Counted from the stretch's first letter, positions 1 through 14,600 are shown. The stretch: DNA of 64,000 nucleotides from Gordius albopunctatus (GCA_964276515.1 OZ193909.1:1054001-1118000); one strand, 5' to 3'. Numbers and translations are program-made. The notes: a model not told the origin generated them from the sequence alone.

Positions 1-547
1 TTGTAATTAAGAAACAATATAATAATTATTTGTTTCTGAATAAAACTTTTAATTCTGAACTTAATAATGTCCGAAGAACTGAGATATATCAACATTTATT
101 GGCACTTTGTTAAAAGTATTTTCATTTTTCTCCTTATTTAACGCGCAAAAAATGAGAAAATTAGATTTTTTAATTTATTTAGCCACGCAGGAGGGGACAC
201 GACCTATAATAATAATAATTGACGTGAAAAATAAGCAAAAAAATGACTTTGATGATATTTAATGTTTCAAAGCGCGTAAAAAGTTTCCATTTAATTTATC
301 ACACTACCTACACTACACGATAGATACGCAGTACGTCACGAGGTTGCGTTTGATTGACGTTTCATTAAACGTCAAAACATATAAAACGAACTAACTCAAA
401 AACTACTGGGCCGATTTGGCTCAAACATATATTAAAACATGGCCCGGAGTGTGGGGAATAAACTGTGAAATTTTGAGCCAAATCGGTCTGTTAGTTCTCC
501 AAAATTGGTGGCGGCATACATACATAGTTTCATTTTTATATATAAGA
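1..547 (-). mobile_element. Non-autonomous Helitron, 5' part (runs off the window start)
   Basis: Reverse complement begins aTCTTATATATAAAAATGAAA...TATGTATG and is colinear with 48452-49068, a copy that ends in a Helitron-type CTAG terminus. Confidence 0.75.
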
Positions 548-553
548 TTGTTA

Positions 554-864
554 CAGTCAAAACCGTTTAATTGCAAATCCTTGGGCCTGACAAAAAATTC
601 GCGATTAACCGATATTTCGCGAATAAACGATGGAAATAAAAGTCTTATATGTACATTATATTAAATATTCATTTCTTACGCTTTGCAATAAAACGATATT
701 TTATATAATTAGGACGTAAAAATGTTTGTGAATATCCGATATTGTACTATTAAGCGATTTGTCAATAAACGATGTTTTTATTAATACTATCGTTAAAAAA
801 AACAAAATTTCGCGATTAAAAGATTTTTGCTATAATCCGATTTGCGATTAAGAAGTTTCGACTG
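554..864. mobile_element. Tc1/mariner-pogo-type MITE
   Basis: TA|CAGTCAAAAC...GTTTCGACTG|TA: short imperfect TIRs and TA TSD; second copy in inverted orientation at 2105-2415. Confidence 0.8.
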
Positions 865-2104
865 TATTATGCTTTTCTATCGTATTAGGAACACTCTAAT
901 ATTTTTGATTAAATGAATTTTAAAATTTTAAATAAACATGTTAAAATATAATTAATTAACTTGATTACTAAATTTGGCTTATATTAGCCTCTACTTCCTC
1001 TATTAGAACTTTTTTAAGGTAATAATTAAGAATTAAATTTCTTTTCATCCCAAAACACCCACTCTGGCTCGAAATTTTTATATAATTAGTTTTACAATTA
1101 GTATCTTTTTATTCAGAACTAAATTTCAAATTTTAATTTCTACACCAACAAAAGTCCTAATGTCATTGAGTTTTTACATAAAATTCCGATTTTTTTTATT
1201 TTGTCTCAATGAGGGGTCGCGAAATTTGTTATTAGAAAGATATTTTTCTCATCAAACTATTGTGAACGGGCAAACACAAAATTAACTACAGCTTTATTAT
1301 GGGGTTCGGTAGAGAGAGAAGTTAAACATAAGGAAAGGAGAATTTTATACATAGTTTAGCAAATCAAAATGTGAGAACGTGGACGGGCAGGATGATGCTG
1401 TTTTTATTAAATTTAAAATTTTAGGAAATAGGAGGAGGAAAAATATTTACAAACTATAATCACCTATTTCACGTAAAAGTTGTTTTAGGATTTAACCTTA
1501 AAAGGTCACTTATCCATGAAAAATATAAATAAATATTTTTTTGGAATTCAAACTCCAACTGGATGACAAGTTTAGGTATCGTTCATGGACGTATTTAGCC
1601 ATAACTACATTAAAATTTTACGATTTTTTGGATTTAGAAGATATAATTCCTATTTGATTTGATTTGAAGTCGTCTCTCCTCATATAGTAAATAAATATGA
1701 CGCTCGTTAATTTATCTATTTGGACACGCGTGCAAATGTTATCCTGTTTCCTGTATATAATATATATATATATATATATCTTTATTGGCGGTGATATGGG
1801 CAAAGCACATATAAATCTAGTGAGATTTATTAATTATAATCATATCATCCTATTCTACAATCCAAATATTCCTTTTAATATAGGTATAAAATGCCAAATA
1901 TAATATTTATTCATTTTACCTTTTTACCATGATTTGGGAAAGGATGGGCTATGATTTGAATGTTATTTAACTTTTTTTAATAATTATCTTCATTACATAT
2001 CTTTCAAATTTAATTAAATAGTCATTTAATCGCTATTTCATTCAGCGTAATTTATGTTATTCTCGTATTTTATCTATTATTGATTTTAGTCGACTAATCA
2101 TATA

Positions 2105-2415
2105 CAGTCGAAACTTCTTAATCGCAAATCGGATTATCGCGAAATCTTTTAATCGCGAAGTTAACCGCTATTTTGTTTTTTTCAAACGATAACATTAACA
2201 AAAACATCGTTTATTGACAAATCGCTTAATAGTACACTATCGGATATTCACAAACATTTTTACGTCCTAATTATATAAAATATCGTTTTATTGCGAAGCG
2301 TAGGAAATGAACTTTATATATTTAATATTTTCTCTTTTTCCATCGTTTAATCGCGAAATATCGGTTAATCGCGATTTTTGAGGCCCAAGGCTTTGCAATT
2401 AAACGGTTTTGACTG
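2105..2415. mobile_element. Tc1/mariner-pogo-type MITE (inverted copy of 554-864)
   Basis: TA|CAGTCGAAAC...GTTTTGACTG|TA; internal sequence is the reverse complement of 554-864. Confidence 0.8.
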
Positions 2416-2989
2416 TATATACCAAAGTCCAAAGGCGTTTTGGTCTCCATTTTTTATTCGACTCCTAAGTTTAGTCTAAATGAGAAAAACAGACCTGAGT
2501 AGGCCGTTAATATTTGAACCAAAGGCGTCGACCAATCAAAATCCAGCCGTTTTTACAAAACTATCTATTACAAATGCTAAAATTTCACGATGAGGCAGAA
2601 GTATATGTTTATTTTCCTTCCAAATTTATTCATTAAATTGCTTTTTAATCGCCTATCTAGATATTTAGGTGTCTTTTAGTATCATACTATTTTCTTATTT
2701 TATCTCAAAATTGTATTAATCTTACACCTTTTTGTATAATGAATCAAAGATTTATTTTATCCCAACAAAATGTAAGTGCAAAAATACATAACAACTGTTA
2801 TCCCTTCTAGGCCATTGTTTACTGACAAATAAAAAATCATATCGGAAAACAAAAACATATATTTGAGTTTGTTTTTACGTCACCACTCTACACCGAGAGA
2901 CTCCATGTGGATTTAAGTGATAATTTTTTTTGAATTGTTATCTAATTTATTGACTTTTACCTTAATTTGGGGTCTTTTGTTGTGCGCGG

Positions 2990-3750
2990 TTTCGATCATT
3001 CGATTAACATGATATTTCTGCCATCGTGATTTAGAGAAATGGTTCTTTTTGTTACACTTGTGGCATGTTTTATTTAATCCAGGGGGGGATCCATTTAAAA
3101 TTCTTTATCATTTTTGTCGGCTGATTTTCAAATACTTCATTCGATTCGTTTTTGCTTGAGCACCGTAACAGGTTGATATCAATCGATGGAATTAATTCTT
3201 TGTTTGCCAATTCCATGCATTCAGCCATCTTATAAATATCTTGAAATGTGATTACCTCTCCAGCTTGATTTATTGCTTCTGGCCAACGTGTTCTTACCTC
3301 AAGCTCTAAAGTAGGAATATTAACTGCATGAAGGAATTGATCTCTAAGTCTTTCATCTCATAACTGAGTAAAATTACAAGCTTGTGCTTGGGTTCTAATC
3401 GTGTGGTATAGCTTTGAATGGTTTCATTCTCTAATTTTACACATCTGAAAAAGTCAAGTCTTGCTTGGAATGTGGTGGCTTTTCTCTTGAAAATCTTTTT
3501 AATAACATCAATTACTACTTCATTATACTTGAGACATTTAATATCTTTTGGATATATGAAGTTGAGAACTTTTTCCATGTTTTGTATATACCGTAGTATG
3601 CAAAGATTAAGATCTTTCCCAGAGTATCTAACTTGTCTTTTTTCACTTTTTTGCCTTCAAAGATATTCTCAATGGTAAATATATATGAATTAATATTATC
3701 CTCCTCAATATTGTATGCAGGTAATGTAATATTACCTTCTGATTCCACAG
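2990..3750 (-). pseudogene. Degenerate Ty3/Gypsy gag relic
   Basis: Frameshifted ORFs 3515-3748 and 3306-3578 (ARLDFFRCVKLENETIQSYTTRL, gag-like) and a decayed zinc knuckle KTCHKCNKKNHFSK near 3030-3075. Confidence 0.55.
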
Positions 3751-3902
3751 ATTTCTACCACGCCATTATACTAATATTTGCAACGGCTATTTCTATTAAA
3801 ATTTTGACATTCGAATATGGAAAAAGTTTTGGAATTGAAACTCATTATTAATTGCTATGCAATTTATGGGCTCGTTTTTGGTTGTACGTCGTCCGTCCGT
3901 CC

Positions 3903-4093
3903 TAGTGATGATCAAAACCTAGGTTTTGATCAGGCAACCTGAGGGTTCAGGTTCGGGTGTTCAAAAACCTTTTACCAGGTTTTTGAACACCTGAACCTTG
4001 ACCTGAGGTTGATCCCGAAAATCAACCTGAAAAACCTTCGGGTCAATTTTATCCCCAACCTGAAACCCAGGTTGACCTCAGGTTAACCTGATA
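3903..4093. repeat. Palindrome-rich MITE/transposon end fragment
   Basis: Starts TAGTGATG; contains perfect palindrome GATCAAAACCTAGGTTTTGATC, hairpin GGTGTTCAAAAACCT...AGGTTTTTGAACACC and repeated AACCTG motifs. Confidence 0.45.
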
Positions 4094-4334
4094 AAAATCT
4101 CTTGTTTTATGCGATAAATTTAAGAATAAATTTATATTTTACTTTAACTATTTTCCTTTTTCAAGATGCGTGAAACTTTTTAAATATTTACAATTTTAAA
4201 TGAAGAAAAAATAGTTTTTGGTTATTATTATAAAAAAAAATAAGATTTTTTTATATAAAAATTTAATTAATTGTTAAACATGTATATTACTCGATAACGC
4301 CATCTATATGTTTATAAATTTTGATAAATAAAGT

Positions 4335-7300
4335 GTGATCGAAAATATTTTTTTCGTTTTTTTTGACTATTATGACTGTTCCTGTTCCTACCATTGCTAT
4401 TATGACTTTTTGGCCGTCCGCTGGCTGCTGACCAATGGAATAAAATGACCATTGGCCAAAATGTTATTCGAAAATTTTTTTTTCGTTTTTTTTGACTATT
4501 ATGACTGTTCCTGTTCCTACCATTGCTATTATGACTTTTTGGCCGTCCGCTGGCTGCTGACCAATGGAATAAAATGACCATTGGCCAAAATGTGAATCGA
4601 AAATATTTTTTCGTTTTTTTTGAATATTATGATTGTTCCTGTTCCTACCATTGCTATTATGACTTTTTGGCCGTCCGCTGGCTCCTGACCGATGGAAAAA
4701 ATGACCATTGGCCAAAATGTGAATCGAAAATATTTTTTTCGTTTTTTTTGACTATTATGACTGTTCCTGTTCCTACCATTGCTATTATGACTTTTTGGCC
4801 GTCCGCTGGCTGCTGACCAATGGAATAAAATGACCATTGGCCAAAATGTTATTCGAAAATTTTTTTTTCGTTTTTTTTGACTATTATGACTGTTCCTGTT
4901 CCTACCATTGCTATTATGACTTTTTGGCCGTCCGCTGGCTGCTGACCAATGGAATAAAATGACCATTGGCCAAAATGTGAATCGAAAATATTTTTTTCGT
5001 TTTTTTTGACTATTATGACTGTTACTGTTCCTACCATTGCTATTATGACTTTTTGGCCGTCCGCTGGCTGCTGACCAATGGAATAAAATGACCATTGGCC
5101 AAAATGTGAATCGAAAATATTTTTTTCGTTTTTTTTGACTATTATGACTGTTCCTGTTCCTACCATTGCTATTATGACTTTTTGGCCGTCCGCTGGCTGC
5201 TGACCAATGGAATAAAATGACCATTGGCCAAAATGTGAATCGAAAATATTTTTTTCGTTTTTTTTGACTATTATGACTGTTCCTGTTCCTACCATTGCTA
5301 TTATGACTTTTTGGCCGTCCGCTGGCTGCTGACCAATGGAATAAAATGACCATTGGCCAAAATGTTATTCGAAAATTTTTTTTTCGTTTTTTTTGACTAT
5401 TATGAATTTATATCCACTTTTACCGTGTCCTGGCTGCTGACCAATGGAAAAAAATGACCATTGGCCAAAATGTTATTCGAAAATATTTTTTTCGTTTTTT
5501 TTGACTATTATGACTGTTACTGTTCCTACCATTGCTATTATGACTTTTTGGCCGTCCGCTGGCTGCTGACCAATGGAATAAAATGACCATTGGCCAAAAT
5601 GTTATTCGAAAATATTTTTTTCGTTTTTTTTGACTATTATGACTGTTCCTGTTCCTACCATTGCTATTATGACTTTTTGGCCGTCCGCTGGCTGCTGACC
5701 AATGGAATAAAATGACCATTGGCCAAAATGTGAATCGAAAATATTTTTTTCGTTTTTTTTGACTATTATGACTGTTCCTGTTCCTACCATTGCTATTATG
5801 ACTTTTTGGCCGTCCGCTGGCTGCTGACCAATGGAATAAAATGACCATTGGCCAAAATGTTATTCGAAAATTTTTTTTTCGTTTTTTTTGACTATTATGA
5901 ATTTATATCCACTTTTACCGTGTCCTGGCTGCTGACCAATGGAAAAAAATGACCATTGGCCAAAATGTGAATCGAAATTATTTTTTCGTTTTTTTTGACT
6001 ATTATGACTGTTCCTGTTCCTACCATTGCTATTATGACTTTTTGGCCGTCCGCTGGCTGCTGACCAATGGAATAAAATGACCATTGGCCAAAATGTGAAT
6101 CGAAAATATTTTTTTCGTTTTTTTTGACTATTATGACTGTTCCTGTTCCTACCATTGCTATTATGACTTTTTGGCCGTCCGCTGGCTGCTGACCAATGGA
6201 ATAAAATGACCATTGGCCAAAATGTTATTCGAAAATTTTTTTTTCGTTTTTTTTGACTATTATGAATTTATATCCACTTTTACCGTGTCCTGGCTGCTGA
6301 CCAATGGAAAAAAATGACCATTGGCCAAAATGTGAATCGAAATTATTTTTTCGTTTTTTTTGACTATTATGACTGTTCCTGTTCCTACCATTGCTATTAT
6401 GACTTTTTGGCCGTCCGCTGGCTCCTGACCGATGGAAAAAATGACCATTGGCCAAAATGTGAATCGAAAATATTTTTTTCGTTTTTTTTGACTATTATGA
6501 CTGTTCCTGTTCCTACCATTGCTATTATGACTTTTTGGCCGTCCGCTGGCTGCTGACCAATGGAATAAAATGACCATTGGCCAAAATGTTATTCGAAAAT
6601 ATTTTTTTCGTTTTTTTTGACTATTATGACTGTTACTGTTCCTACCATTGCTATTATGACTTTTTGGCCGTCCGCTGGCTGCTGACCAATGGAATAAAAT
6701 GACCATTGGCCAAAATGTTATTCGAAAATTTTTTTTTCGTTTTTTTTGACTATTATGAATTTATATCCACTTTTACCGTGTCCTGGCTGCTGACCAATGG
6801 AAAAAAATGACCATTGGCCAAAATGTTATTCGAAAATATTTTTTTCGTTTTTTTTGACTATTATGACTGTTACTGTTCCTACCATTGCTATTATGACTTT
6901 TTGGCCGTCCGCTGGCTGCTGACCAATGGAATAAAATGACCATTGGCCAAAATGTTATTCGAAAATATTTTTTTCGTTTTTTTTGACTATTATGACTGTT
7001 CCTGTTCCTACCATTGCTATTATGACTTTTTGGCCGTCCGCTGGCTGCTGACCAATGGAATAAAATGACCATTGGCCAAAATGTGAATCGAAAATATTTT
7101 TTTCGTTTTTTTTGACTATTATGACTGTTCCTGTTCCTACCATTGCTATTATGACTTTTTGGCCGTCCGCTGGCTGCTGACCAATGGAATAAAATGACCA
7201 TTGGCCAAAATGTTATTCGAAAATTTTTTTTTCGTTTTTTTTGACTATTATGAATTTATATCCACTTTTACCGTGTCCTGGCTGCTGACCAATGGAAAAA

Positions 7301-8297
7301 AATGACCATTGGCCAAAATGTGAATCGAAATTATTTTTTCGTTTTTTTTGACTATTATGACTGTTCCTGTTCCTACCATTGCTATTATGACTTTTTGGCC
7401 GTCCGCTGGCTGCTGACCAATGGAATAAAATGACCATTGGCCAAAATGTGAATCGAAAATATTTTTTTCGTTTTTTTTGACTATTATGACTGTTCCTGTT
7501 CCTACCATTGCTATTATGACTTTTTGGCCGTCCGCTGGCTGCTGACCAATGGAATAAAATGACCATTGGCCAAAATGTTATTCGAAAATTTTTTTTTCGT
7601 TTTTTTTGACTATTATGAATTTATATCCACTTTTACCGTGTCCTGGCTGCTGACCAATGGAAAAAAATGACCATTGGCCAAAATGTGAATCGAAATTATT
7701 TTTTCGTTTTTTTTGACTATTATGACTGTTCCTGTTCCTACCATTGCTATTATGACTTTTTGGCCGTCCGCTGGCTCCTGACCGATGGAAAAAATGACCA
7801 TTGGCCAAAATGTGAATCGAAAATATTTTTTTCGTTTTTTTTGACTATTATGACTGTTCCTGTTCCTACCATTGCTATTATGACTTTTTGGCCGTCCGCT
7901 GGCTGCTGACCAATGGAATAAAATGACCATTGGCCAAAATGTTATTCGAAAATATTTTTTTCGTTTTTTTTGACTATTATGACTGTTACTGTTCCTACCA
8001 TTGCTATTATGACTTTTTGGCCGTCCGCTGGCTGCTGACCAATGGAATAAAATGACCATTGGCCAAAATGTTATTCGAAAATTTTTTTTTCGTTTTTTTT
8101 GACTATTATGAATTTATATCCACTTTTACCGTGTCCTGGCTGCTGACCAATGGAAAAAAATGACCATTGGCCAAAATGTGAATCGAAATTATTTTTTCCG
8201 TTTTTTTTTTGACTATTATGATTGTTCCTGTTCCTACCATTGCTATTATGACTTTTTGGCCGTCCGCTGGCTGCTGACCAATGGAATAAAATAACCA
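4335..8297. repeat. Tandem satellite array (129-bp and ~108-bp monomers; 1353-bp higher-order repeat)
   Basis: CCATTGGCCAAAATGT recurs every 129 bp. Variant monomer GAATTTATATCCACTTTTACCGTGTCC occurs at 5404, 5899, 6264, 6757, 7252, 7617, 8110 (spacings 495/365/493 repeated twice). Confidence 0.97.
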
Positions 8298-8618
8298 TAA
8301 GGCTGGCTCTACTAATGTGAGTTCGAATCCCGGAGAAGGCAATTTTTTTTAATTAAATCGAAAATTTGTATTAATAATTAACTAATTATTTTACATTTAA
8401 TACCCCCCCCCTCGCCTATAGGCATTCTCACCCCTTCCCACCTTTCTCGCCCATAAATTGCATAGCAAATATGATAAATTTATACGGAGTGTAGATGAGT
8501 TCCCCCTTCCCACGAGGGCCGAAGGCCCGAGTTTATATATATAATATATGAATTTATGTTTATATCAAATATTCTTTATTTGCATTTATTTTGTTATATC
8601 GTTTGGCGTTAGTTCTTC

Positions 8619-11600
8619 ATGAGGCAGTGTTCTCCACGTGGAAAGTTGGAAGAATCTTGTGAAATGCGAAACGGAATGAAATTACTCACCTACCCCCTTC
8701 GGGGTATTGGAAGAGGGCGTTCCCGTTCTCACCCCTCAAAATTGTTCTTACTCCCACCCCTAGGCATTTTACTATGGTACGCCGCTATAACGCTCCGAGC
8801 GTTATGGGCACAGCCCGGTAGCTTACTCTCGACCCGTATATCAACTTCATTCGCCGCTTGGCGCCCCTACCCACGCCTACTAGACGCTCCTTCTGTTTCT
8901 TACGCTTTACGTTCGCCCAATATGGGCGCCATTCCCATGTCATCCAGAGTCCTGGTCGTGGTAGAGCCATCCTATGAAGCTCTGGTAGCAGCTTACGCCA
9001 CTAAGCTCGACCTTAAGCCGGCCCCGGTCGTGCATTGCCAAAGCCAAATTACTACTATGCTTCAAGTGAGAACAGTATATATATAGTTTTTGTTTATTTT
9101 TCTTTTTTATATGACCCTTAGTAGTGTTGTAAAAGAGGCTGGGTTTTGTTTGGTTTTACTAAGACCCATCCTCAACTGTGGTCTCTTTTTCTAATCTCGA
9201 CTAATCTTAGAGGTCGACCAAGAAAAACGGACCAAAAACCTTTGGCCTGTTAATGTTTAGCCGAACTAACCCTTAGAAACTGGGGATGTTCGGGCTTATA
9301 GCCATGGGCGTAGCTAAGGGGGGGGGGCAAGGAGGAGTGGATGGCCCCCTCTAAACCTAAAAATTTGATGGAATTTTTTTAATTTATGGCTAGAATTCAA
9401 GAAATGTTCATTTTGCCCCTCCCTACTCTAATCCAATGCTAGGTGATTTTCGCTATTTAACATTGTAGGCCAACAGAATCCCGTACGATATAATTTATGG
9501 AATACCCTCTCTGCCCAAATTGCTCCAACCTTACGATCCGCCCATATGGACCACGGTCTACGACGTGATCATATTTGAAAATGCACGCCTCTACAACGAT
9601 ACCCTAGCTCGTCTCTCGCCTTTTCAACTCGTAGTGCTGGGCACCTATTGTCAAGCCCACGGTACCGCCCTCGTCGTCCTACCCACGTTTTATGTGTCCC
9701 CACCCTCAGGGCGATCTCAAAGGGAAGATGGGGTACGTAAAAATCGGACTTTTAAAATTTGATTAAAATGGTTGTTTTTGTTAGTGTTGTTATGTTAAAA
9801 AAGGCCAGCATCGACGAACTTTTCCAAAAGAAACTCTGCTGCGAGATTTTATTTTGTACAAGTGGGAGCGATGTTGAGGAATCAATCGTATGTCTCGCGA
9901 GATTTTTTCGCGATTAAATGACTTTTTTGAAATCGTTCTGAGTGGTAAAGTAAGTAGTGGGTAGAGTTGTAAAAACGGCTGCGTCCTGTTTGCCCGACCT
10001 CTGGTTTTAGTCGACTAAACATAAACAAAGTAGAAGGAAATGGAACGCGATGTCTTGGGCTAGTAGTATAGCCCAGCATCCGGTGAAACAAACAAAGGGT
10101 AAAGATGAAGTCACTTTGTTTACGCAATAATGGATTAAATATACAATATGTAATCTACTATATTATCGAAATTCCACAAACACCCACAGGTCATGGTTTC
10201 GCCTTTTTACCCCTTCACCGAGGTCGAGGCCCGACAGATGACCGATATGAGAGCTCACTCCACTCCAGATGATCCCATCTTGCGAATAACTAAATGCGAC
10301 GACGTGCCTCTAACCGATGGTCCCTTCCACCCCAACGCCACCGTCTTTGGTTTCAACGACCTTCCCATAGCCACAGGTAGTAGAGTTGCAAACTGGCGAA
10401 CAGCTCTATTTTTGTGCGAAAATTTTGCTAAGTAACTTAGTCCACCATCTTGAATAAGCCTTTATCGATGTGCGCACTCGTGCTCTGTGTAAATGGCGGA
10501 GGGAAAATGAGAACATTAACATTCATTATCTTGCCCTACGTATGTTTAAACGTTTAATTATTCAGCTGAAGGAATAGATTCCAAAACATGGCGACCTACA
10601 TCCTTGGCTAAATTATCATCTGTTCTTTAATCTATCGTATAATCATCAGTAAGGGCTAAGAAATGCTAATGTATTCCTCGTTTATTTTAGTTTTGCACGG
10701 GGTATAACAACTCTCAGCCTCATATACATGGGCATAGCTAAGGAAGGGGGCGGCGGTAAGGGCTCATATAGTCATCATGGGCCCCATAGGCGTTGCCAGC
10801 ATTGGAATTCTGCGGGGGGGGGGCAATAATGATTTAGGGATGGACAAAATGATAATTTTAATAAATTTTTGGATTTAGAGGGGGCAGCCGCCCCTCCCTG
10901 CCCCTCCTTGGCTACGCCCATGATGGGTCCCGAGTTGAGAGGTAGTGAATTAGTAGAAGGCTGTTATATAAACCTCGTTCTTATAAAGTAGCGCAAACTT
11001 GATAAAGATTCCTTTGGTTATACCCTTTTTCTCAAACCTGCTCCACTCCTTAGGCACCAACGATTGTTGGTGGTCACGTGACTCGATACCCTTGGCCACA
11101 GCACAACTGACCCCGACTCAATTATGTGACCAACCCGGTCCGACTTGCTTAGAGGGCAAAAGTAGAGTACCCCTAGCTCTGCTCAAAGATTTGAACGTCA
11201 AAACGCAACTTGAGGGCGTCAAAACGCAAACGGAAGGGGTAGGGGCCAATCAGAGTACGGATAGCGTTAGCAACAAAATTAGCGTAGCTTTCCTAGGAGG
11301 CTCCCCCGAGCTATGGCAATTCAGGTTGCTTTTGTTGGACACGGTACTGTACTACTTATTTCGCGCTAATACGGCGCGCTCTAACGAAAACGTTCCGAAC
11401 GCTGCCGCTAGAAGTGTAGCGTTTAACGCTCGAGTTGAAGAGCTTCGCCTCAACTTGTTAGACCGATGGGTGTTGGTGGACATAGATGACGGTTTCGTTG
11501 GCCAAACCGACCCCACCGTTGACGAAATTAAGGTTAGAAATTCGTAGAAGTTGCTTGTTAGGGTGGTCTTATATTTTTGTTCGAAGCTGGGTTGGTCAGC

Positions 11601-14600
11601 ATTCTCGGTCTATATGAACCAGATGTTTAACTCGCCTTAGTTTTAATGTTATAATAAGATGCAATTTTACTCGTATCCATTTCAACGGTTTGCACTTAAT
11701 TTAAGCCCTTCATCTTTATTTTATTAAACTTTGAGAAGGATTTAGGAATTGTCTTAATTGCTTTAGCGGTATAATTTTTATTGCGAATCTTTAAGGTAAC
11801 CTATAAGTTTGTGTTATTCCAACAAATAGGAAAGATTCCCCTGAAATATATACATATAAAAATGATTTAAAAATACTACCTTAGTGTTTTAATTTTGAAA
11901 CTAAAATAGATCTTACGGAACGCTTCGGTAGAAACGTTAAATAGTCGTTAATATTTCAGCAGCAATTTGAATTGCATGACTTTTTTTTTATCATAATGCA
12001 GGCTATGATGAAGTTTCAAGAAGAGGTTAGAAGCAAAGTTCCCAACTTCACCTTCAACATAGGCTATTCCGCCCTATTTTACCCGGCCTACGCCAAATTT
12101 TCCGGCTACGGGTACCGATATTTAGTAGGTAAACACGATTTTGTGGCATTTCGAAATTTGTGCGCATCGACCTTAAAGTTATCTCGCCAGCGAAGCGATT
12201 CACCTTAAGTTAGTGTTGTAAAAAAGTCGGCAAAACAAAAACAGACGAAAGGATTTATGGCCTTTTTTTGTTAAGTGACCTCCAGGATTAGTCGAAATTT
12301 GAAAAACAGACCAAAGTGAAGCGTGAATCGGAATTAAACCGAAAATCGACGAAACTAAACTCAGCCGTTTTAACAACACTACAACAAAACCTGGTTTCAA
12401 ATTAGATTCAAAAGGAAGGGTTCATGAAACGAAATTGCGGATTTTTGAATTTTGGTGAATGTTCTATGATTAACTTGGCTCACACAAAAATGCACAAAAA
12501 TAAAGCTTTTTCATCTTTATTCGATTTTATTAGAAAAAAATAGCAAAAATAATAAAACTTTAAAATCTTTTTTACGACTACTTAGAAAATCAGGATAAAT
12601 TTTGGTGGTTTCCTCATTCGTACGATCACAAGCCATCCTACGACCAATTGAATCAAGTGGCATTGAACGACGAAATTACTCTGAATCAAAAATTTGGACA
12701 AGTAATCAAATTACAAATAAACATATATTTATTTTGCACGTTTTGACATTTTGCACATTTTTATGAACATTCTTTTTTTTAGAACACAGGGTTGAAATGA
12801 AAAATATTATAATAACTCGGCTTTCATCTACAATATTTAAATAAATAATATAAATATAGAGATATGATTTATTATATGTATAAAAGTCAAGTTTAATAAT
12901 CAAGGTCTAAATTTTTTATAATGTGACAACCAATATATTTGTTAAAAATAATATTATTGCGCTTCAGAGTTGACTATTTTTTGTCAGCTACTATTGTCGT
13001 GAATCCGTATTTTAAACTCCAAATATCAGACAAATTTTTTTAAATTAAAATTTTTTAGGCAAACAAATATAAATTAATCCATGGCCTGTTGTACACACGT
13101 TGTCCATTAAGTTTCCCTGATTTTTTTGACCCGTAAGAGGACATCAAATGATTAATGCAGATTTTCTGCGGCTATTTTCATATTAAATAAGTAATTTTAT
13201 TTTCAATTTAATAATAGAGGTTTATTTCCAAATAATTTTGTATGAAACACGGTAAAAAGCAATTATTTTTACTTAAAAAATACCTATCTTGTGAAGATCA
13301 ACGAAATAATTCCCATAAATTGTTTCCTTCGGGGGTTTTATCATACGTATCTATATTTTTTTTAATTTATACTTTCAAAATCTAATATTTAAAACTTTTT
13401 TGTGAGCAAGACTTACGGTCTCACCACGTCCAAGCACTACGCAGTATCACCCCTGCATTCAGGCATATTTCCGGTCCAAGAAAGCCTGTACGCCACTTGG
13501 AGTTCCCACGGGATCAGAGTTAGCAGCACTTACTTATACCCACACCTATATCCTTGGAGTGCCCGCCGCGGTTTTACCTTCAAAAATATTTCCGTAAGTT
13601 TTAAAAAAAACTTGTAAAAACGGGTGGGTGTCGTTTGGTCGAACCTTTGGTCCATTTATGCGACTAAGAAAAACTGACCAAGAAATCTTTGGATGTTTAG
13701 TCGACTAAATCAAATGTCGACCAAACAAAACGCATCCGTTTTTACAACACTACCTAAGTAAACTTTTCTATAGAGTAGGTAAAAAATACAAATTACTTTA
13801 ATTAAACAAAATTTATTTTTTTTAAATTTCCGAGCTCTTTTGTTTCTCTCCCGCCATTGGCGTAGTCAGAGAGGGGCAAGGAGGGACATTCGCACACCTC
13901 TTCCCTCCATTCGACTTCTAATAAAAGTTTATTGTATATTTTGTTTTCTTAGGTATTGCCGAGGCAAACTTGCGGAGTTTTTACGCACACACGTACCATG
14001 GCTTTATACCCTAAAGGCAAATCAGCTTTTGATGCTATGATCTTTGGTGGTCCCATATTCGACAGTTTCATCAACAACCGAGTAAAGCATTTAATAATAA
14101 AAAAATCTTATTAAGGTGTACATGGAGGCCTGCGCGGGTCACCCGAAACCCGGTTGAAAATTTTAAAATTGGATTTATAGAGTCGGGTCAAAGGATATGA
14201 ATCTTACATTACAAAATGAACGAAACGTATTTGTTAAATTATGGCTATTATCTATAATTTTTGTAAAACAATATCGAATTTTATAACTAATTATAATCAT
14301 TCATTCATATAATCAATTTCCTTTCCTATTTTTGTTTTAATTCGTTTAATTTGGAGGCAAATTTAAATTTAAAGCTGAATCATGAAAGGTAAAATATTAA
14401 CAAATGAGTATTTATTATTGTTTATAGTGTATAGAGTAAATTATAAATTTAACTACAAAAAGATATAATTAAATATTTAATTTAAAGTTGAATCACGAAA
14501 GGTAAAATATTAACAAATGATTATTTATTATTTTTTAAAAACGCTTCCGGGTCGGGTCGGGTTGAAAATTTAAAAACGCTTTCGGGTCGCGTTCGGGTTG

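Noticed and set aside
4335..8297. CRISPR-like periodicity
   Set aside because: Whole monomers repeat with no unique spacers; eukaryotic context and no cas genes.
8300..8340. tRNA gene
   Set aside because: Only a B-box/T-arm-like motif; no A-box or cloverleaf.
4312..8342. Many repetitive ORFs (MVILFHWSAASGRPK... and others)
   Set aside because: Artefacts of a 129-bp (multiple of 3) satellite; frames break at variant monomers.
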